From an uncultured Alistipes sp. (lineage in GTDB: Bacteria; Bacteroidota; Bacteroidia; Bacteroidales; Rikenellaceae), in the NCBI GenBank assembly GCA_964390585.1, contig CAYMIH010000001.1, forward strand, positions 8,432 to 72,431: 64,000 nt of DNA, read 5' to 3'. Made by a program: the position numbers and the translations under genes. Shown piece by piece: positions 58,906-64,000 of this stretch (position 1 is its first letter; every line of letters begins with the position of its first letter). Below the pieces are notes generated by a model that worked only from the letters and a program-made list of their open reading frames with translations, was not told the origin of the DNA and made no database searches.

Positions 58906-59493
58906 ATGAAAATCAACAAAGCCGAATTCAAGTGCAGTTCGGAGAGAATCTCGCAAGTCCCGAAAGACGATCTTCGCGACATAGCGTTCATCGGGCGCAG
59001 CAATGTCGGCAAATCGTCGCTCATCAACATGCTCACGGGGCGCAAGGCGCTGGCCAAAGTGTCGTCCACCCCGGGCAAGACCCGCCTTATAAACCACTTC
59101 CGCATAAACGACTCGTGGTATCTGGTCGACCTCCCGGGATACGGCTACGCCCGCGTGTCGAAAAGCATACGCGGCGAGTTCTCGAAGATCATCCTCGATT
59201 ACGTGCTCAAGTGCGAGAAGATGCACTTTCTGTTCGTTCTGGTCGATTCGCGGCTCGAACCGCAAGCCATCGACATGCGTTTCATCGAGATGCTGGGCGA
59301 GAACGGCATTCCGTTCGGCATCATATTCACCAAGAGCGACAAGCTCTCGGCCGCACAGCTCAAAAAGAGCGTCGAACGCTACCGCACCGCCCTCGCGGAG
59401 CAGTGGGAGGAGTTGCCGCCCATGTTCGTCTCGTCGAGCGCACGCGGCACGGGGCACGACGAAATACTCGACCATATCGAAAAATGTTTATAA
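58906..59493 (+). CDS. engB: Ribosome biogenesis GTPase YihA/YsxC
   Basis: 'GRSNVGKSSLIN', 'PGKT', 'DLPGYGYA', 'TKSD'. Confidence 0.94.
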   Translation: MKINKAEFKCSSERISQVPKDDLRDIAFIGRSNVGKSSLINMLTGRKALAKVSSTPGKTRLINHFRINDSWYLVDLPGYGYARVSKSIRGEFSKIILDYVLKCEKMHFLFVLVDSRLEPQAIDMRFIEMLGENGIPFGIIFTKSDKLSAAQLKKSVERYRTALAEQWEELPPMFVSSSARGTGHDEILDHIEKCL

Positions 59494-59542
59494 TTATTTG
59501 AAAAGTCGGTATCGAAGCTGTCCTTTTTTACCGTGGATTGTA

Positions 59543-59550
59543 TATATTTG
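59543..59550 (+). promoter_or_regulatory. -7 box for prs
   Basis: TATATTTG. Confidence 0.6.
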
Positions 59551-59573
59551 CACCATCAAAATTCAACTGTACA

Positions 59574-60515
59574 ATGGCTATACATAAGATCAAGTTTTTC
59601 GCGGGACGCAATTCGCGTTATCTGGCCGAGAAAATCGTGGCCAGCTACGGCACGACGCTCGGCGATTCGGAGATACTCCAGTTCAGCGACGGCGAATTCC
59701 AACCGTTCTACAACGAGTCGATCCGCGGTTGCACGGTGTTCATCATCCAATCGACGTTCCCGCCCTCGGACAATCTGATGGAGCTTCTTATGATGATCGA
59801 TGCGGCACGCCGCGCTTCAGCCTACAAAGTCATTGCCGTAATGCCCTACTTCGGCTGGGCCCGTCAGGACCGCAAGGACCGTCCGCGCGTTCCCATCGGA
59901 GCCAAGCTCGTAGCCAACCTTCTGGTTGCGGCGGGTGTCGACCGCATCATGACGATGGACCTTCACGCCGATCAGATTCAGGGATTTTTCGACGTTCCCG
60001 TCGACGCGCTCTACGCCAGCGGCATATTCATACCCTACATCCAGAGCCTCAATATCGAGGATCTGTCGATCGCCGCTCCCGACATGGGCGGTGCCAAGCG
60101 AGCCAACGCCTACGCCAAGCATCTGCATACCCCCATCATCATATCGCATAAGGAGCGTGCCAAAGCCAACGTGGTGGGCAGCATGACCGCCATAGGCGAA
60201 GTGGAGGGGCGCAACATAATCATCGTCGACGATATGATCGACACCGCGGGAACCATCTGCATGGCAGCCAACATGCTCATGGACAAGGGTGCCAAGAGCG
60301 TCCGCGCCGTCATAACCCATCCCGTGCTGTCGGGCGCCGCCTACGAGCGCATCAACGAAAGCAGTTTGCAGGAGGTCATCGTTACCGACACCATTCCACT
60401 CAATCAGGAGAAGGATCTGAGCAAGTTCACCGTCCTCTCGGTGGCCGACATATTCGCCAACGTGATAGAACGCGTGCACAACTACAAGGAGATAAGTTCG
60501 ATATTCTATAAATAG
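59574..60515 (+). CDS. prs: Ribose-phosphate pyrophosphokinase
   Basis: 'FSDGE', 'ARQDRK', 'DLHA.QIQGFF', 'VDDMIDTAGT'. Confidence 0.96.
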   Translation: MAIHKIKFFAGRNSRYLAEKIVASYGTTLGDSEILQFSDGEFQPFYNESIRGCTVFIIQSTFPPSDNLMELLMMIDAARRASAYKVIAVMPYFGWARQDRKDRPRVPIGAKLVANLLVAAGVDRIMTMDLHADQIQGFFDVPVDALYASGIFIPYIQSLNIEDLSIAAPDMGGAKRANAYAKHLHTPIIISHKERAKANVVGSMTAIGEVEGRNIIIVDDMIDTAGTICMAANMLMDKGAKSVRAVITHPVLSGAAYERINESSLQEVIVTDTIPLNQEKDLSKFTVLSVADIFANVIERVHNYKEISSIFYK

Positions 60516-60538
60516 AATCCCGATCCCGCTAAAACCGC

Positions 60539-60572
60539 AGGCTGCCTCGCGAAAGGCAGCCTTTGTTGTTTT
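60539..60572 (+). terminator. Terminator after prs
   Basis: AGGCTGCCT/AGGCAGCCT plus T-rich tail. Confidence 0.65.
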
Positions 60573-60655
60573 GCGGTTCGCCGACAGCGGAGGATTGCGA
60601 CAGCAGTCCGCCGCGCGGGGTGGCGGCGAACTGCCGACATTGCAATGCAATGTCG
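60573..60655 (+). repeat. Dispersed palindromic element, subfamily A, copy A5 (internally shortened)
   Basis: GCGGTTCGCCGACAGCGGAGG...GCAGTCCGCCGCGCGGGGTGGCGGCGAACTGC plus CGACATTGCA-A-TGCAATGTCG. Confidence 0.88.
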
Positions 60656-60659
60656 TGAA

Positions 60660-61568
60660 TCACCGTCTCGAAATATTCCTCTTTATCCGCTCCAACCCGC
60701 TACGCTTCAAAGGAGTCCCGCCGAACCGCTCGGCGAACTCCGCTTCGCTCATTCCCAGCCACTCGTCGGCCCCCATCTGCCGAGGGTCGAACACGGGATC
60801 GAACGCCGAGCAGCGATGCTCCGCCGCCTTTTTATTATAGGGGCAGCAGCTCTGGCACTCGTCGCACCCGAATATCCATCCGTGCAGATCGACCGTCGCC
60901 GACGGCTCGGCCTCTATGGTGTGGCACGATATGCAACGCGAGGTATCGATGGTCATGGGTGCGACGATCGCCCCCGTGGGGCATGCCTCCATGCACCTGC
61001 GGCACTCGCCGCACCCCACTCCGCTATATGGCGAGTCGTAACGGTCGACCTCGTCGCACAGCACCAGTTCGCCGAGCAGCACGAACGAACCGAACTCGGG
61101 CGTCACCAGCAGCGACTGCCGCCCGATCCATCCCAACCCCGCCTCGACGGCGATCTGCTTTTCGAGCAGCGGGGCCGAATCGACGAACGCACGCCCCTCG
61201 ATCGACGGATAACGCTCGCGCAAGGCCCGCAGCATCGTCTGCAACATCTTCTTCAGACTCTTGTGGTAATCGCGATTGCAGGCATACGACGCCACTTTGG
61301 TCACGCAATCCCGCGAATATCCCCCGCTCGCGGCCGATTTGTACCCCACCGCGCATACCGCCACGCTCTGCGCGCCCTCCACCAGACGCCCCGTATCGAA
61401 GCGTTTGTCGAGGTTGTTGCGCAAGTATCCTAACGACGAGTCGTAGCCATGCGCGAGCCATCGGCGAAACGCCGTTTCGTTGTCTGCCAGATGGCGGCTG
61501 CGGGCGATTCCGCACATGTCGAATCCCGCCTGCGCGGCAAGATCTTTGATATATCGGTAATCTATCAT
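60660..61568 (-). CDS. queG: tRNA epoxyqueuosine reductase
   Basis: 'Y....DYH', 'VDSAPLLEK', 'AGLGWIG', 'CGECRRC..ACPTGA', 'FGCDECQ..CPYN'. Confidence 0.92.
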   Translation of the reverse strand: MIDYRYIKDLAAQAGFDMCGIARSRHLADNETAFRRWLAHGYDSSLGYLRNNLDKRFDTGRLVEGAQSVAVCAVGYKSAASGGYSRDCVTKVASYACNRDYHKSLKKMLQTMLRALRERYPSIEGRAFVDSAPLLEKQIAVEAGLGWIGRQSLLVTPEFGSFVLLGELVLCDEVDRYDSPYSGVGCGECRRCMEACPTGAIVAPMTIDTSRCISCHTIEAEPSATVDLHGWIFGCDECQSCCPYNKKAAEHRCSAFDPVFDPRQMGADEWLGMSEAEFAERFGGTPLKRSGLERIKRNISRR

Positions 61569-61582
61569 AGTCTATTTCGCTT

Positions 61583-61590
61583 CAAAAGTA
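61583..61590 (-). promoter_or_regulatory. -7 box for queG
   Basis: TACTTTTG on the minus strand. Confidence 0.5.
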
Positions 61591-61647
61591 CCGAATTTTA
61601 ATATTTTTTCGCTACCTTAGCGCAAATTTTACAATGAATATTGCTTA

Positions 61648-63333
61648 ATGATAGCTTTGAACACACTTTACGAACTCCTGCACAACAGCATCGACAAGTT
61701 CGGCGACAGGGTTGCATTTTCGATGTTCGAAGGCGAGGATGTGACCTACAACGAGGTGGGGAAACGCGTAACAGAGATACAGAAATTACTTACGGGAGCC
61801 GGCATCGGTGCAGGCGACAAGGTGGCTCTGCTAAGCAGCAATATGCCCAACTGGGGAATCAGCTACTTCGCCGTTGTATCGGCGGGAATGGTCGCTGTCC
61901 CCATCCTGCCCGATTTCACGGGCGAGGAGCTGGACATGCTCATCAAGCACTCCGAATCCAAAGCGCTGCTCGTATCCGACAAGCTGTTCACAAAACTATC
62001 GAAAGAGACCGTTTCGTCACTCAATATAGTGATCCGCACCAAAAGCCTCACCGTCATATCGCAGCGCGTCACGGGCGAAGGCTCTACGGCCATTCCTTCT
62101 CCCGACGATCCGGCCGTAATCATCTACACTTCGGGAACCATGTCGCGCCCCAAGGGGGTGATGCTCTCGCATCGCAATCTGGTATCCAACGTATGTATGA
62201 TGTACGGTCTTTTCCCTATCGACGAGAACGATTCGATGCTCTCTGTTTTGCCGCTGTCGCACACCTACGAATGCACGGTGGGCATGCTCTACCCGTTCGC
62301 TACGGGCGGAAAGGTGACCTATCTCGAAAAGCCGCCCACGGCATCGGTCCTGCTGCCCGCACTCAAGCAGGTGCGTCCCACGTGCCTCCTGATCGTGCCG
62401 CTCATAATCGAGAAGATATACCGCAGCCAGATATACGCCAAATTCACCTCCAACCGATTCTGGAGGACGCTTTACGGCATAGGCTTCATGCGCCGTTACC
62501 TGCATCGCATCGCAGGCAGCAAGATGATGAAGATGTTCGGCGGCCGTCTGCGTTTCTTGGGTATCGGCGGCGCGAAGCTCGACGGACAGGTGGAGCAATT
62601 CCTTATCGACAGCCGCGTCATACCCTACTCCATAGGTTACGGCCTGACCGAAACCGCTCCGTTGATAGCGGGAGCCCTACCGCAGATGACGCGCAAGCTC
62701 GGATCGACGGGCGTGGCGATGAACGGACTGAAAGTACGTTTGGACAACGTGAATCCCGCAACCCGTCAGGGCGAGATCGTCGTCGACTCTCCGTCGGTAA
62801 TGCTCGGATACTATAAGAACGAGGCCGCCACGGCCGAAGTGTTCACCGAAGACGGATGGTTCCGCACGGGCGATCTGGGCTTCATCGACGACGAAGGCTG
62901 CATATTCATCAAGGGTCGTTTGAAGAACATGATCGTAGGTCCCAGCGGCGAGAACATCTACCCCGAAGAGATAGAATCGGTTCTCAACTCCAACGCGTTC
63001 GTATCCGAATCGATAGTCACCGAACAGGACGGCCATCTGGTGGCGCTCGTGCACTTCGACACCGATGCCATCGAGGCCCTCAAAGACGAGTTGATGGAGA
63101 AATGGGAGATCAAACGCGACGAGTGGCACCACAAGATCGATGAATGGAATGCCAAAAAGGAGGAGATCAAACAGGATATTCTCAAATACGTCAACTCGAA
63201 GGTGAACAAATTCTCACGCATAACCGAAGTCGTGGAGGAGGATGCCGAGTTCGTGAAGACTCCCACAAAAAAGATCCGCCGATTCCTCTACAACAACCGC
63301 AAGAAAAAGTCAGACGGAAACGACGAGAAATAA
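61648..63333 (+). CDS. Long-chain fatty acid--CoA ligase (AMP-binding)
   Basis: 'YTSGTMSRPKGV', 'GYGLTE', 'GWFRTGDLG', 'GENIYPEEIE'. Confidence 0.88.
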   Translation: MIALNTLYELLHNSIDKFGDRVAFSMFEGEDVTYNEVGKRVTEIQKLLTGAGIGAGDKVALLSSNMPNWGISYFAVVSAGMVAVPILPDFTGEELDMLIKHSESKALLVSDKLFTKLSKETVSSLNIVIRTKSLTVISQRVTGEGSTAIPSPDDPAVIIYTSGTMSRPKGVMLSHRNLVSNVCMMYGLFPIDENDSMLSVLPLSHTYECTVGMLYPFATGGKVTYLEKPPTASVLLPALKQVRPTCLLIVPLIIEKIYRSQIYAKFTSNRFWRTLYGIGFMRRYLHRIAGSKMMKMFGGRLRFLGIGGAKLDGQVEQFLIDSRVIPYSIGYGLTETAPLIAGALPQMTRKLGSTGVAMNGLKVRLDNVNPATRQGEIVVDSPSVMLGYYKNEAATAEVFTEDGWFRTGDLGFIDDEGCIFIKGRLKNMIVGPSGENIYPEEIESVLNSNAFVSESIVTEQDGHLVALVHFDTDAIEALKDELMEKWEIKRDEWHHKIDEWNAKKEEIKQDILKYVNSKVNKFSRITEVVEEDAEFVKTPTKKIRRFLYNNRKKKSDGNDEK

Positions 63334-63338
63334 ATCCG

Positions 63339-63375
63339 ACGAGCCGACCCTATGCGGGTCGGCTCGTTTTTTTTT
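63339..63375 (+). terminator. Terminator after the acyl-CoA ligase
   Basis: ACGAGCCGACCC/GGGTCGGCTCGT plus T tract. Confidence 0.78.
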
Positions 63376-63407
63376 ACAGATAATCAATCTGTTTCACTGC
63401 CGCAAAA

Positions 63408-64000
63408 TCAAATTCCACGGCGCTTTTTTCTTACTTTGGCCGTTGTCGCCGCGGCTGCCGCCATCACTATCGCGACGGCTCCCGCTACCCACCAAACCCA
63501 TGCGGGCAAACCTTTCGTCGGAACGTCTATATCGGCAAACGGATTTTCGCCCAAATACTCTCCGTCGGCTATGGCTTTCAGTGCGCGGTTGAGTATGGCG
63601 TCGCCGTCGGTGAAAGCCACCTCGTCGCAGGTGAGAGGCACGTGTATGTCGGGCACCACTCCTCGGCCGTAGGGTATGCGGGGCGATTCTGTGTCGTCGA
63701 AAACGCACTTCACGAGCGGTATGCGCCATGTCACGCGCGAATTGGGCAGGCATATGTCCGCGAATTTCAGAGCGGTCATGTAGTGATAGGCCGTGCGGGT
63801 CTCGCGACCGATTACCAGACCGCGGTGCGAGCGCATCACTACGGCGGGGAAGAGTGTCGCGGCCGAGCTCGACATTTCGTTGGTGAGCACATAGAGCCTG
63901 CCGCCGTAATGCGCCGTCGAATCGGGCATAATGCACAACGTCTCGCCGCGGGCGTACAATCCGTCGCGACCCTCCTCGGCCTTGTACACCTCGCCGAAAA
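63408..64000 (-). CDS. S41 family peptidase, C-terminal part (5' end outside the window)
   Basis: 'LYVLTN...SSAA..F', 'VIGRET', 'GRGVVPDI' motifs; C-terminal TM plus basic tail. Confidence 0.7.
   Translation of the reverse strand, partial: FGEVYKAEEGRDGLYARGETLCIMPDSTAHYGGRLYVLTNEMSSSAATLFPAVVMRSHRGLVIGRETRTAYHYMTALKFADICLPNSRVTWRIPLVKCVFDDTESPRIPYGRGVVPDIHVPLTCDEVAFTDGDAILNRALKAIADGEYLGENPFADIDVPTKGLPAWVWWVAGAVAIVMAAAAATTAKVRKKRRGI

Overview
GC-rich chromosomal segment of a Bacteroidota bacterium, most consistent with Rikenellaceae/Alistipes-like (inferred from TAnnTTTG -7 promoter boxes, tmRNA tag GNNSYALAA and gene content). It is mostly housekeeping: ssrA, ftsE, gyrB, udk, mutS, uvrA, lepB, dapB, truA, lpdA, yggS, nadD, gmk, serC-serA-DUF1015, a 4-subunit 2-oxoacid:ferredoxin oxidoreductase, mgsA, fmt, mtaB, trkH, nfeD-floA, engB, prs, queG and an acyl-CoA synthetase. 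There are a few small, lower-GC accessory patches. No integrase, transposase, phage, reverse transcriptase or CRISPR array was seen. The most striking unexplained feature is a dispersed intergenic ~85-100 bp palindromic element: 9 near-complete copies plus about 3 fragments, in two subfamilies. The subfamilies share a conserved core (GCGGAG.ACGC....GAGCG...GCRAGTTGC..TCCGC..GGGGCG) but have different self-complementary arms. Every full copy ends in a CGAC/T-...-G/ATCG hairpin whose sequence changes while pairing is kept. This looks like a REP/REPIN-like mobile or structured-RNA system whose mobilising enzyme is not in this window. Two further structured non-coding elements (31235-31375, 34596-34790) are also unexplained. 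All gene calls come from motif recognition by eye; no database searches were run.
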